Of a DNA stretch of 64,000 nt, positions 47,858-58,418 are shown piece by piece. This stretch comes from an uncultured Deferribacteres bacterium (GTDB taxonomy: Bacteria; Zhuqueibacterota; JdFR-76; BMS3Abin05). The position numbers and the translations under genes are program-made. The stretch spans positions 76,704 through 140,703 of the forward strand of contig CAZOHG010000001.1 in assembly GCA_964579725.1 (NCBI GenBank), given 5' to 3'. The notes beneath the pieces are model-generated. The model searched no databases, was not told the origin of the DNA, and saw nothing but the letters and a program-made list of their open reading frames with translations. Position 1 is the first letter of the stretch. Each line of letters opens with the position of its first letter.

Positions 47858-49707
47858 GGCTGTGCCTCCAACCGCCGAAGTTTTGCCCGCAATTCGTCGG
47901 CCAACACGCTGTTGGGATATTGAATAAGAACCGATTCGTAGGTCTGGCGGGCTTTGTCCAGGTCCTTAATGTCTCGTTCGTAAATTTCACCAATATTTTT
48001 TTGCGCCAGATCTGCGTACACACTTTTAGGATAACCGGTGACTAACATTTCGTAAATTCGAATCGCTCCGTAAGGGTCTTTCAACTTTTCTTTCAATTTT
48101 CCGGCTTCCAACAAAGCCCGGTCGGCTAAAGGTGCGTTGTGAAAATCAGCCACCGTTTTCAAAAGCGTGTCCACGGCAGCTTCAGCTTTCCCCTGTTTTT
48201 CCAGACACATCCCGCGGGCGTAGCCGGACAAAGCGCCTGGGAATTGGCTCTCGTTGTTTCGAATGAAAAGCTGCAACTCAATGGCGTCATTTACGTAGGG
48301 ACTGTCGTAATGGTCCGCTGAAGTTTTCAACAAATCGGCCAATTTCGCTTGTGCCGATTGAAAATCTTTTTTGAAAAAATACAACTGAGCCAACTTAAAT
48401 TGCGCCTTTTCCCGAAGATTGCGTTTTTGCGCCGCGTGCAAATAGGGCAAGTGCAAAATCGACTGAACAACCTGAATCGCTTTCTCAAGATTCCCCTGCT
48501 TCAGGTAGCAATCGGCCAGTCGGAAGGTGGCGTCCACTTCCTGCCGCGTGTTGGGGTAATTGTGCCGAATCCGCTCAAAGTACGGGATGGCCTGCGCCGG
48601 TTTGTTTTCCACATCTAAAAAAATTGTGCCCAACCGAAGCGAAGCCTCCAAAGACCAACTGGATTTCTGAAATGTGGCAATGATTTGCCGGTACAGCTTT
48701 TTCGCCTTTTCAAATTGTTTGGTTTGAAAAGCCCCATTTGCAAGGTAGTAAACCGCCTGATCTTTTTGTTTAAACGAGGGAAAGCGTTTAAGCAACTCTT
48801 GAAAGGCCTTTTCGCTGAGTCCATATTCCTTTTCGTGGTACATATCCAGCGCAAACCGGTACAAAGTTGACCCCGGGGTGTATTTTGGGGTGTGCCCGGC
48901 CAACGATTCAATTCTGAGAATTTCCTTCAGAGCGGCGTCGTAATTACCGAAACTTTGGTAAAATCCTGCCAAAATCTTGTGACCGATGAGATTTTTGGGA
49001 TTTTTCTTCACCCAGGTTTTCAGAACCTTTTCGACCTGCGGGTAATTTTTCTCGGTCAGGGGCAAACGGGCAATCATTGTGCGCACGTAACTGAGCTGGT
49101 ACGGCATTTTCACCGCAAATTGAAGATATTCCGTCACGGCTTTGGCGTAAAGCTGTTGGTACGTGTACAATTGGGCCAATTCCAAAGCAAAAAGGGAGGA
49201 GTCTTTTTTCTCCCGACGGCCCCTTAAATAAACCTGAATGGCGCGGTCGAAAAGGCGGTTCTGCAACAGGGCGCTGGCCACCAAACGGTACACGGCCACA
49301 TTTCCCCTGTATTTTTTTAAAATACCGTCCCAAATCCGGTAGGCGTCTTGCTCGCGTCCCATTTGAAAATAGACATCGCCCAATTGGGCTTCCAGTTGAA
49401 TGTCACCCGGCCGCACGAGAAGGCGGTCTTGAATCAAGCGGACAAGTTCGTCGTATTTTTTGGCGCGTAGCAAATTCCGCCGTAAACCCTCAAAATAGGT
49501 GTAATTTTGGGGGAAATTTTCGGACAGCGATTTGTAAATTGCCGCTGCCTGATCGTACTGCCCCAATTGTTCAAATTGTCGGGCAAGCCGATATTGACTT
49601 TCTTCCACACCTGTTTTAGGAACCTGCGCCTGAATAGAGCCTGCCATTCCCAAAAAGAACCCCAAAATCACCCCCCAAATAGCTTTTCTCATTGATTTCA
49701 TTCGCAT
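47854..49707 (-). CDS. periplasmic multi-TPR protein
   Basis: Signal peptide followed by many TPR helices. Confidence 0.88.
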   Translation of the reverse strand: MRMKSMRKAIWGVILGFFLGMAGSIQAQVPKTGVEESQYRLARQFEQLGQYDQAAAIYKSLSENFPQNYTYFEGLRRNLLRAKKYDELVRLIQDRLLVRPGDIQLEAQLGDVYFQMGREQDAYRIWDGILKKYRGNVAVYRLVASALLQNRLFDRAIQVYLRGRREKKDSSLFALELAQLYTYQQLYAKAVTEYLQFAVKMPYQLSYVRTMIARLPLTEKNYPQVEKVLKTWVKKNPKNLIGHKILAGFYQSFGNYDAALKEILRIESLAGHTPKYTPGSTLYRFALDMYHEKEYGLSEKAFQELLKRFPSFKQKDQAVYYLANGAFQTKQFEKAKKLYRQIIATFQKSSWSLEASLRLGTIFLDVENKPAQAIPYFERIRHNYPNTRQEVDATFRLADCYLKQGNLEKAIQVVQSILHLPYLHAAQKRNLREKAQFKLAQLYFFKKDFQSAQAKLADLLKTSADHYDSPYVNDAIELQLFIRNNESQFPGALSGYARGMCLEKQGKAEAAVDTLLKTVADFHNAPLADRALLEAGKLKEKLKDPYGAIRIYEMLVTGYPKSVYADLAQKNIGEIYERDIKDLDKARQTYESVLIQYPNSVLADELRAKLRRLEAQP

Positions 49708-49779
49708 TTCACACTTCGTCGTAATCGTTCAAACGATTCTCAACCGGTCAAACGGTAGCTAATTTTTCGCCGCCCCGTT

Positions 49780-52700
49780 TTACGGCGTTTCCACTTTGTT
49801 TTTGTACAAGGCCTGGTAGTAAGCTTGAATTAATTGAATAAAATCTTCCGAATAGCCGGCTTTTCTCGCCCGCAAAATATCTTCCTGAAGCTGGTCCTTT
49901 TGTTGCAAGACCTCCCTGGGAAGTGCACCCGGACGCCGAATCACGTAGGCCTTCCCCGCCTCCGAGCGCCGCTTCCGGCTGTAGTCGCGCTGGCGGACGG
50001 AGCGCTGGGCATCCAACAAACGGGAGAGGATTTTCTGCTGCCGCCGAAGCGTCTCCCGATTCAATTGCCCCATTTCCAGCCGTTTGGCCACCTCCCCCAT
50101 GTCTTTGGCCATTTTTTGCAAATCACCCAACACGTTGGAATGCTGACCTGCGTTTTTGCGAAGCTGCTCCAAAGCCTTTTGCAGAGCGCGCTGCTGCGCC
50201 GCCAGGCGCCGCAATCGCCCCTGCTCGCTTTCCGTCAACCGCCCGTTTTTCCCCAACTTGAGACTAAGCTGCAAACTCTGTTGGTTGATTCCCTGTTGCT
50301 GACCGGCCATTTTTTGTAGCTGTCGCAGATACTCCTCCATTCCAACCGAAGAAGAAGCCGCCGCCAAACCCTGCATGGATTTTTCAATGTTCAATACCGC
50401 CTCGTTCAAGGCACCCATGGCCATCCGCTGCCGCCCAGCCGCGCCCCGCCCGTTGCGTTCCTCCATTTGACGCAGGGCTTCCTGCATGTTTCCAAGCGCT
50501 TTGCCGACAGCTTTCCCAATTTCCGGCGTTACAAAAAAGGTTTTTTGCGAGAGCTGGTAGAGCCCTTTCGTCAGAAGGTTTAGATTATTGAGCAAGCTGA
50601 GTTGCTGTTCAGCAATTTGGTTGAATTTTCGGCTCATGGGCGAAAGTTGCCCGGTTTGTTTCTGCAGCGCTTCCTGCTCCTTCGAAAGGCGCAACATTTC
50701 CGACGACGTGCGCGCCAATTGCTGCATGATTTCGTTTTTCTGCTTGTTGACCAAATTCTTTTTCATCTGGTTCAACATCGCGCCGAGTTGTTGAAGGCTC
50801 TGGTGACTCTGCTGCCCGGATTGCTCCGCTTGGTTTTGTTGTCCCTGAGATAAAGCCGATTGCATTCTCTGCATCGATTGACCGGCCTCCTGTGCCTTTC
50901 CGATCGCCGGATTCATTTTGGCCGCGTGCATGTCCGGAAACTCGGTCATCTCCTTCTGGATTTGTTTTAACTGCTCCCGAAACCGTTCCGTTTCTTTTCG
51001 CAGTTTTTCCTCCAATTGCTTCAAAGCTTGCCGCTCTTGATTGGAAGCGGCTTTTTTCAAAGAGCGATTAATGCTTTGCTGCCGCTCTGCAAGATTTTCC
51101 GCCATTTTCTTCGCCTGATCCAATTTCTGTTCAATTTGAAGCCGCTTCAATAAATTCAGGGTGCGCTCTAACGATTGCTGAAAATTGTCTTCGCTCATAC
51201 GGAATTTGTTGGCCGACTGGTTCAGCTTCCGCGGATTCATTTTTTGAAGCGCCTTTTGCAATTCGGCCAATATTTTTTTCATCTCGGGCGTCAGCACCTC
51301 GTTGAACAGTTTCTGGATCTCCATGTATTTTTGAATGGTCTCTTCGCTTACCATGTTGTTTTTTTGCAGGCGATCCATGGTGGCGTCGAGATTTTTTCGA
51401 ATCTCGCCGGCTTTTTGGGCAAGGCGCTGTTGCTTTTGGGCCAAATCTTGAAGTTGCTGTTGTTTGGTCCAATTCATCTTGGGATTGCGTTTCATTTCGC
51501 CGGTCACTTTGTCCACCTGCCGGCGCAACTCCTTGCTTTCGCGCACCAATTCTTCCAATTCCTGAACGGACTCGTCCTGCGCCGCGGTGGTTTCGTGGTA
51601 AATTTCGGCCATGGAAGGAAAGCGGGCCAAATACGTTCGTGAGGAAGCGGATTTAAACCCCGAAACGGCATCGTTATCCCAAACCTTGACAAAATACTCC
51701 ACAAAATCGCCCGGCAAAAGCTGCAATCCCGTCAACTGCCAGGTGTAATCCATTTGCAATTGCGTCCCTTTTTGCTCGGCCAGGCTTAAATCAATCGGCA
51801 CAAAGAAGGTGTCCTGTTGAGTGACCTGTACGGTGTGGTGAACCCTGTAAAAAAGCTTCGCCCCCGAAAATCCAAAATCGTCTTCCGCCTGAATTTGAAG
51901 CGGTAAGATCATTTCCTGCGTCAAATCCACATCCTGCCCGGGCTGTTGAATTTGTACTACCGGCGGCTGATCCGGCACAACCGCAATTTTGTACCGAATG
52001 GGCTCTGCATTGGTGTACCCCTTTTGATCCCAAAGCCGAATAAAATAGACGTCGTTTTTGTGAATCGTGAATTTCCCGTGGGCTTCTTGATTTAAAATCC
52101 GCAGCGGGAGAACGTTTCGTTTTTGAAAAACAATTTCCGCCTTTTTTAGCGGCTTGCTGGCCTTAATGTGAAGTTTGACCCGCGTACCCCGAAGCGCAGT
52201 AATTTGTCCCTCATTTTCCTCCAAAAATTTGGGCGAAAGCCCTGTGTAGCGCGGAAAAATCAATTCCGCTTGCAAACTGCGCACCAACGGGCGCTTTTCG
52301 ACCGAAACTCGAAAAGGCCGCGTCTTGGCCTTCCCGGCTTTGACGTAATAACTCAGGCTTTCCCGCAAACGCTCCAAACGGAAGTGGTACCGCCCGAAGG
52401 AGTCGGCGGGCGCCGTTTCCGTGTGGCCTTCTTTTTTGGATTTTTCCTTCCAAAAAATCTGGACGGGACCCCGGTAGGTACCGTCAATTGAAACCTTTAC
52501 CAGGAGTGTGTCTCCCGAGAGGCACTGCCAGTCGCCCGGCGTCACCCGAATGGCCTGGACTGCAAGGGGGCGAAACGGACGCGTCGGGTGCGCAAAATGG
52601 GACAGACTGGTTTCAAACGATTTGTGAAAAGGAAGAGCCAGCAAGAGCAATCCCAACAAAGCCGTGGCAAAATTCCGGGCTTGAACGGCAACAGCTCTGC

Positions 52701-53172
52701 CGGACACCAGTGCCTGAAAATCTTTCGGGCGAATTTTTTCGGATACGGCACTGAGCGAAGCTTCGGCCAATTCTGGCGAGTAATTTTCGCGGTTGTTTTC
52801 AATCTCCCGAAAAATTTGCAGGGCATCTACCAACGAATCCTTGACGTCAGGAAAGGCCTCGCCGATTTCCGTTGCCAGGTGGTCGGTGCTACCGGCGCCC
52901 TTTAAAATGAACCGATTTCCCGAGAAAAGAAACTGCCGAATGAAACAGAAAATTCCGATCGCAGCTCCGAAGCCGAGCAAAATTTGCCGGGGCAAAGGCG
53001 GCAGAAAAAGGATCGATTCAACGACTAAAAGGGCGAGTACGAGAACGGTTCCACAAGCCAAAAAACGAAACAAGCCCGAAATAATTTGCACGCGGCGCTT
53101 TTTTCGACCGTAAGCTCTTATTTTTTCAACAATCGCTCGATAGCTTGGGGATTTTTGTCCATTTTCTCGCAT
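49780..53172 (-). CDS. DUF4175-like membrane protein (TM segments, Ig-like domains, Gln-rich coiled coil)
   Basis: N-terminal TMs, PDQPPVV, AEDDFG, WDNDAVSG, RQQKILSRLLDAQRS. Confidence 0.8.
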   Translation of the reverse strand: MRENGQKSPSYRAIVEKIRAYGRKKRRVQIISGLFRFLACGTVLVLALLVVESILFLPPLPRQILLGFGAAIGIFCFIRQFLFSGNRFILKGAGSTDHLATEIGEAFPDVKDSLVDALQIFREIENNRENYSPELAEASLSAVSEKIRPKDFQALVSGRAVAVQARNFATALLGLLLLALPFHKSFETSLSHFAHPTRPFRPLAVQAIRVTPGDWQCLSGDTLLVKVSIDGTYRGPVQIFWKEKSKKEGHTETAPADSFGRYHFRLERLRESLSYYVKAGKAKTRPFRVSVEKRPLVRSLQAELIFPRYTGLSPKFLEENEGQITALRGTRVKLHIKASKPLKKAEIVFQKRNVLPLRILNQEAHGKFTIHKNDVYFIRLWDQKGYTNAEPIRYKIAVVPDQPPVVQIQQPGQDVDLTQEMILPLQIQAEDDFGFSGAKLFYRVHHTVQVTQQDTFFVPIDLSLAEQKGTQLQMDYTWQLTGLQLLPGDFVEYFVKVWDNDAVSGFKSASSRTYLARFPSMAEIYHETTAAQDESVQELEELVRESKELRRQVDKVTGEMKRNPKMNWTKQQQLQDLAQKQQRLAQKAGEIRKNLDATMDRLQKNNMVSEETIQKYMEIQKLFNEVLTPEMKKILAELQKALQKMNPRKLNQSANKFRMSEDNFQQSLERTLNLLKRLQIEQKLDQAKKMAENLAERQQSINRSLKKAASNQERQALKQLEEKLRKETERFREQLKQIQKEMTEFPDMHAAKMNPAIGKAQEAGQSMQRMQSALSQGQQNQAEQSGQQSHQSLQQLGAMLNQMKKNLVNKQKNEIMQQLARTSSEMLRLSKEQEALQKQTGQLSPMSRKFNQIAEQQLSLLNNLNLLTKGLYQLSQKTFFVTPEIGKAVGKALGNMQEALRQMEERNGRGAAGRQRMAMGALNEAVLNIEKSMQGLAAASSSVGMEEYLRQLQKMAGQQQGINQQSLQLSLKLGKNGRLTESEQGRLRRLAAQQRALQKALEQLRKNAGQHSNVLGDLQKMAKDMGEVAKRLEMGQLNRETLRRQQKILSRLLDAQRSVRQRDYSRKRRSEAGKAYVIRRPGALPREVLQQKDQLQEDILRARKAGYSEDFIQLIQAYYQALYKNKVETP

Positions 53173-53440
53173 AGAGGCCTGTTACCTATTGGGAAGTTTT
53201 TATTAAAATCTACCGCTTTTTTTAAATCCGAAAAAATATTTGGACGATTTGGCCAGTCAATTGGGTGTCAAACAAATCGTTCCGATTCAAAACCCAAAAG
53301 TAAAGAGAGCAAAACTCTTCACAGAAACGCTCTTGCCTTTTTGACTCCGAAACTTTTCTTCTACCGGCCAAGATTGGGAACGAATTTTATTCAACCGGCC
53401 GGTTTTCGGAAATTGCTCTTTTATCCGGCGCACGAAATGC

Positions 53441-54109
53441 CTAATGAAACAAGGCCCAGATGACAATGTTAACCCCCATTTTCAATGCCTGAACCCGAAC
53501 GGGCTCGGGATCGTGGTGAACATTCGGGTCCGCCCAGCCGTCTGAAATATTGGTATTGTACGTGTAGTACACCACCATTCGACCGTTGTAAAAAATCCCG
53601 TAGCCGTGCGGCGGCCCCGGGTAGTGCTCGTGGGTTTTGGGCAATCCGTTTGGAAACTGAAAATGAATGTGGTAAATGGTGTGCGAAAAGGGCAATTCCA
53701 CCAATTTTTTATTCGGGAAAACCTTTTTGATTTCACGGCGGAAATACTTGTCCATGCCGTAATCGTCGTCTGCGTAGAGAAAACCGCCGTGCGTTAAATA
53801 CTCGCGCAGACGCCGTACTTCCGGTTCCGAAAAGACGATGTTTCCGTGTCCCGTTAAGTAAAGAATGGGGTACGAAAACAACTTTTCGTCCGTAAGTTTG
53901 ACGCGCGCCTCCGTGTTGGCTACGCGCATTCCGGTTTCGTGCGAAAGAAAGCGCAGCAAATTGGGAATGACCGAGGGGTCGTTGTACCAATCGCCTCCGC
54001 CCTGGTACCACACGCGCGCAATTGTAAACGGTCTTGAAGGTTCGGCTCCCCGAGTCTGTATTGGAAGAGCCAAAAGCACAATCCCCAAAAACAATGTGGT
54101 GAGTTTCAT
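53441..54109 (-). CDS. DUF4159 family secreted protein
   Basis: GGGDWY, LYLTGHG, GGFLYADDDYG, DGWAD, ALKMGVN. Confidence 0.88.
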   Translation of the reverse strand: MKLTTLFLGIVLLALPIQTRGAEPSRPFTIARVWYQGGGDWYNDPSVIPNLLRFLSHETGMRVANTEARVKLTDEKLFSYPILYLTGHGNIVFSEPEVRRLREYLTHGGFLYADDDYGMDKYFRREIKKVFPNKKLVELPFSHTIYHIHFQFPNGLPKTHEHYPGPPHGYGIFYNGRMVVYYTYNTNISDGWADPNVHHDPEPVRVQALKMGVNIVIWALFH

Positions 54110-54110
54110 T

Positions 54111-54614
54111 TCAAAAAGCCCGAATAAGAACGACCACAAGCATGCCGATGGCCGTAAGAATTTTCAACATCTTCCCCCCGAGAGCACCTAAAAACGCCCC
54201 CCAGCCGGCTTTCAAGGCCCGGTGGGCATCCCTTTGGGAGAGTAGCTCCAACACAAAGGCTCCGACAAAAGCCCCGGCAAAAGCGCCCACAAAGGTACCG
54301 ATCGGCGGAAACAAGGGCGTCCAATAGATGGCCCCGAGAAAACCGCCCAACAGGGCTCCCCACATTCCCCAGGCGGAGGAGCCGTATTTCCGGGCGGCCA
54401 GAGCGCCGAAGAAAAATTCAATCCCCTCCACAACCAAAGAAATAGCCAACAAAATACCGACAAATTCCAACGTCACCGGTCGGAACCCCGTTGCCCACCC
54501 GTAAATGAATGAATCCAAAACAATGACAAATGTTCCCGGGATTCCAAAGGGAATCACGGCCAAACCGGCAAACAACACCAGTACAAAGACGACACTTCCC
54601 AAAATGTGTCCCAT
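54111..54614 (-). CDS. DUF456 family membrane protein
   Basis: GIPGT, KYGSS, Gly-rich TM segments, GAFLG. Confidence 0.85.
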   Translation of the reverse strand: MGHILGSVVFVLVLFAGLAVIPFGIPGTFVIVLDSFIYGWATGFRPVTLEFVGILLAISLVVEGIEFFFGALAARKYGSSAWGMWGALLGGFLGAIYWTPLFPPIGTFVGAFAGAFVGAFVLELLSQRDAHRALKAGWGAFLGALGGKMLKILTAIGMLVVVLIRAF

Positions 54615-54626
54615 CGGGTGGATTCC

Positions 54627-56147
54627 TTACCGCTTTTTGCCCCGAGGCGCGACGTCAACAATACGGCCGTCCACCCGGCTGACAATCACTTTTTGCTTTT
54701 CCGCCGCCTGAATCATAATATCCCGATCCATTCCGTTAAGGCGCGTCAACGGATGGTTTTTCGGCGGAATTCCGAAATTTCGGTACATTTGTGCCGCCAA
54801 AAAATTGTTCGTGCACACCGAGTAGGTTCGATCGGGGTTCAAGGGTTTTCCGCCCACCCAAACCGTCAACACACGATGCCCCACCGGCTTGCGCGAATCG
54901 TAGGTAAATTTCAGTCCCGAAACCTGCAGGAACTCCCCTTTTCCGTTGACATTTGTCTCTAAAATTCGCCGCAATTCTCTGCCAGTAACGTTAAACGTAA
55001 CAAAATAGTTGCCAAAGGGATTAATTTCCCAGAAGTCCCGCTTGCGAATCGGCCCGGCGTACACATTTTTCCGGAGGCCACCGCTGTTCATAAAAGCCAC
55101 GTCCGTTCCGGCGTACGTTCGCATGACATCAGCTTCCCAATCACCCAAATTGGACTCGCTACGCTCATTGCCGCGAATCCAGTTGGTCTTCAGTTGAGCG
55201 ATCACGACATCCAACTGCTTCGAAACCTGCTGTTCCAACTCCGCCACCTTTTTGGCCACCACGGGGTTCGGCCGGATGGAATCGGTCAGCACAGGGATTA
55301 ATTTTTCATTGTAGCGCACAATGGTGTCGCGCGCAGTGTCCACCCAGAGGTCTAATTTACCCAAATAGGAACCGTGAGCTCCCGCCTGACAAATAATAGT
55401 CCCGTTTACAATTTTCGGGCGTTTCAGTACCGTGTGGCTGTGTCCGCCAATAATGACCGCGATTCCGGGGACATTGGCCGCCAGCTCTTCGTCACGGTGC
55501 ACCCCCATGTGACTGACCACTACGATCAAATCCACCGAATCGCGAATGACACGCCGGTATTTTTCAACCGACTTTTCCGGGGACAAAATTTTCAGCCCGC
55601 GAACATTTTTGGGCAGGGTTAAGCCCAGCAAATCGGGTGTAATGACGCCAATAAACCCGATTCGCACGCCGTCCACCTTTTTAATCAGGTAGGGACGCAC
55701 AAAAAGGCGGCCGTTTTCTTTGTCAAAAATATTGGCGGAAATGACCGGTATTTTCAGCAATTTTAGTTCGTTGGTGAGGCGATCGCGACCGTAATCGAAT
55801 TCATGATTTCCCAGGGTAAAAACATCAGGACGCATGAGGTTCAGCATCTCAATTTGGGACATCCCTCGGCTAAGCGTGGAAATCGGTGTTCCCTGAAACT
55901 CGTCGCCTGCGTGGACAGTCACTACCCAGGGTTTTCCCTGACCGTATTTTTCAAGATAGGCTTTCAGTGCCGCGGCCCCACCGATTCGAATCGTCTTTCC
56001 CCGGCGTTTGTAGACTTTTGGCATATTTTGAGCATGAAAATCATTCCAATGTAAAATGCGAATATGTTCGGCGGCCAGCAATCCGGTGGTGAACACAAAC
56101 AAAAGGACCAACGCGCCGAAAAATTGGGTGATTCTTTTCACAATCAT
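54627..56147 (-). CDS. secreted bifunctional metallophosphatase / 5'-nucleotidase
   Basis: NDFH, AGD, GNHEFD, SHMG, GGHSH, NSGGLR, PFGN. Confidence 0.93.
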   Translation of the reverse strand: MIVKRITQFFGALVLLFVFTTGLLAAEHIRILHWNDFHAQNMPKVYKRRGKTIRIGGAAALKAYLEKYGQGKPWVVTVHAGDEFQGTPISTLSRGMSQIEMLNLMRPDVFTLGNHEFDYGRDRLTNELKLLKIPVISANIFDKENGRLFVRPYLIKKVDGVRIGFIGVITPDLLGLTLPKNVRGLKILSPEKSVEKYRRVIRDSVDLIVVVSHMGVHRDEELAANVPGIAVIIGGHSHTVLKRPKIVNGTIICQAGAHGSYLGKLDLWVDTARDTIVRYNEKLIPVLTDSIRPNPVVAKKVAELEQQVSKQLDVVIAQLKTNWIRGNERSESNLGDWEADVMRTYAGTDVAFMNSGGLRKNVYAGPIRKRDFWEINPFGNYFVTFNVTGRELRRILETNVNGKGEFLQVSGLKFTYDSRKPVGHRVLTVWVGGKPLNPDRTYSVCTNNFLAAQMYRNFGIPPKNHPLTRLNGMDRDIMIQAAEKQKVIVSRVDGRIVDVAPRGKKR

Positions 56148-56233
56148 TTTAGCTTTTTCCTTTCCAAAAACAACAATGTGGAGCGCCAACCCCACATTAA
56201 ATCAACCGGTGATTTGACCGAAGAGCGGTGTTG

Positions 56234-57538
56234 CTAAAAATGCTTCATTTTGACGTCAATGTACACATTTTTGCGAAGGCTTTTCACCCACTTCTGAAAT
56301 TCTCGATTGCGTTTTCGGGCGAGGGCAAATTGCTCAATCTGCTCCCAATCTTTGTCCAATGTCAACTTTCCCCCTTCACGCCGATCGTTCATTTTCAAAA
56401 TGTGGTAGCCAAAACGTGTTTTAAAGGGCTCACTTACCTCTCCAACCTTAAGGGTTTCAGCCACGGCACGAAATTCTTTAACCTTGAGCTGGTCCAATTG
56501 AAACCAACCCAATTCGCCCCCTTTTTCACGGGTGGTTTTGTCGTCGGAATATTTCTTGGCCAGCTCGACAAAATTTTCACCTGCCTTTGCCCTTTTGTAA
56601 AGTTCCTTAATCTGCTTGACGACGGCAAGTTCGTCCTGCTGCGTGGGCGCCACCCGAATCAAAATGTGACGCACGTGGATTTTTTCCCCCTTGCGTTCCA
56701 GAAGCTGAATAATGTGGTAGCCGAATTGTGTTTCCACCACATCGGAAATTTGCCCCGGTTTCAAATTGAAAGCAATCTCTTCAAACGGCTTAACCAGATC
56801 GCCCCGTTTGACAAAACCCAAATCGCCTCCGTTGGCGGCTGAGCCGGGATCCTCGGAATATTTTTTTGCCATTTCGGCAAAATCGGCGCCCTCTTTTATT
56901 TTTTGGAGAATAGCTTCCGCCCGGTCGTAGGCTTCCTTTTTGGCAGCCGGACTGGGTTTGACGGTTAGCAAAATGTGACTGAGGTTAACGCGCGTTCCCT
57001 GTACGGGTAAACTGTCCTTCATTGTGCGATAAAATTGCTCCACCTCGGGCCGCGAAATGTGAATCTTCTGGAATTGCTGCTGTTGAAGTTTGTCCACCAG
57101 CATTCGATTTTTGACATCTTCCCGAAAACGGCGTTTTATTTTGCTGAGCGAGCCCCCAAAATACTCTTCTACCTTTTGTTGGGAACCCATTTGTTGAATC
57201 CACTGCTGCACCTGATTGTCCAACGCCTGGTCAACCTGACTGTCGTCCACTTCAATACTGTCCTCTTGAGCCTTCTGAAGCAAAATTTTCTGCACAATGA
57301 GATTTTCCAGAACCTGTTTTTTCAGAGCCTTTAATTTTTCGGGGTTTTTCTGCAGGTCAATTCCCATCTGCAGGGCCGTTTGAATCGTGTACTGATTCAC
57401 CTCCGAGCGAAGGACTACCTGATTTCCCACAATAGCGGCAATTCCGTCCACAATCTGTTCCTGCTGCTGAGCCTTCAGCGGTGAAAAAATCCCCAAAAGA
57501 CCGAAAAGGATTAAAACCAATCCCGATTTACTTTTCAA
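56234..57538 (-). CDS. surA: SurA-like chaperone with two parvulin domains
   Basis: VDGIAAIVG N-domain and two HIL..FxxxAKKYSxD..GGxLG..FGYHI repeats. Confidence 0.88.
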   Translation of the reverse strand: MKSKSGLVLILFGLLGIFSPLKAQQQEQIVDGIAAIVGNQVVLRSEVNQYTIQTALQMGIDLQKNPEKLKALKKQVLENLIVQKILLQKAQEDSIEVDDSQVDQALDNQVQQWIQQMGSQQKVEEYFGGSLSKIKRRFREDVKNRMLVDKLQQQQFQKIHISRPEVEQFYRTMKDSLPVQGTRVNLSHILLTVKPSPAAKKEAYDRAEAILQKIKEGADFAEMAKKYSEDPGSAANGGDLGFVKRGDLVKPFEEIAFNLKPGQISDVVETQFGYHIIQLLERKGEKIHVRHILIRVAPTQQDELAVVKQIKELYKRAKAGENFVELAKKYSDDKTTREKGGELGWFQLDQLKVKEFRAVAETLKVGEVSEPFKTRFGYHILKMNDRREGGKLTLDKDWEQIEQFALARKRNREFQKWVKSLRKNVYIDVKMKHF

Positions 57539-58418
57539 AGCCCTTTCCCTTCCTTTCTCGATGACTGGAATCCACCGACGCCGACTCCAGTGCCTTTAAA
57601 TTGACAACGACTTTCTGTTTCCTTTTTAATTCGTTCAAAAGTCGATGGTAAAGATCCCTTTCTTTTTCCTGCTGTAAAAGCGCTTCAATTTTCGGACGAA
57701 CCTCGTCCAGTGTCCGCTGGGAGCCCGCCGGTTGAACGTCTAACACGTGAATCACCACAAATCCACCGGCCGTTTTCAAGGGACCCACGGTTCGCCCCTT
57801 TTTTACCTTCCGAATCTTTTTCGCGAACACCGCCGGAATCTGATCCCGAGGAATCAACCCCGTGTCCTTCATTTCCACGGGTCGAAGGCTTGAGTCCGAA
57901 GCCACTTCTTTCGGTTTTTGACCCCGTTTCAAAGCGGCTACAGCGAAGGTTGCCTTTTTCTGCGACGTAAAAATAAGGTACACCAAATGGATTTCGTCCC
58001 GATTGCGAATAAAACTACCCCTATTCGCCTGGTAGTAGGCTTGCACAGCCGAATCGGAAACCACCGGTTTTTCCGGAAATGTCTGTTCCAACAGCTTGTT
58101 GGCCAAAAGGGAGCGCTTAACGCGTTTCAATTCCCGTTGGATTTCCGGCAATTTGTCCAGTCCGCGTCGGCGCGCCTCGAGGTAAAGCAACTCTGTGTTG
58201 ACCCACCGGCGCGTGTAGTTTTTCTTTTCGTCCAGCGTAATACTTTTGGAAAGATTCCGCGGCACCTCCCGCTCCACATCTTCCCGAAAAAGCCGCTCCC
58301 CCCCCACCTGGGCTACAGGTACTTCCTGGGTACCCGGGCGAGAACAGAAAACCCACACAAGACCTACCAACAAAACACTCCCCCCAATCAGACCAAGTGG
58401 TCTCGGGTTAAATTTCAT
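57528..58418 (-). CDS. PPIase-like (SurA/PrsA) membrane- or lipid-anchored protein
   Basis: VAQVG, SurA N-like helices, degenerate parvulin domain. Confidence 0.78.
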   Translation of the reverse strand: MKFNPRPLGLIGGSVLLVGLVWVFCSRPGTQEVPVAQVGGERLFREDVEREVPRNLSKSITLDEKKNYTRRWVNTELLYLEARRRGLDKLPEIQRELKRVKRSLLANKLLEQTFPEKPVVSDSAVQAYYQANRGSFIRNRDEIHLVYLIFTSQKKATFAVAALKRGQKPKEVASDSSLRPVEMKDTGLIPRDQIPAVFAKKIRKVKKGRTVGPLKTAGGFVVIHVLDVQPAGSQRTLDEVRPKIEALLQQEKERDLYHRLLNELKRKQKVVVNLKALESASVDSSHRERKGKGFEK

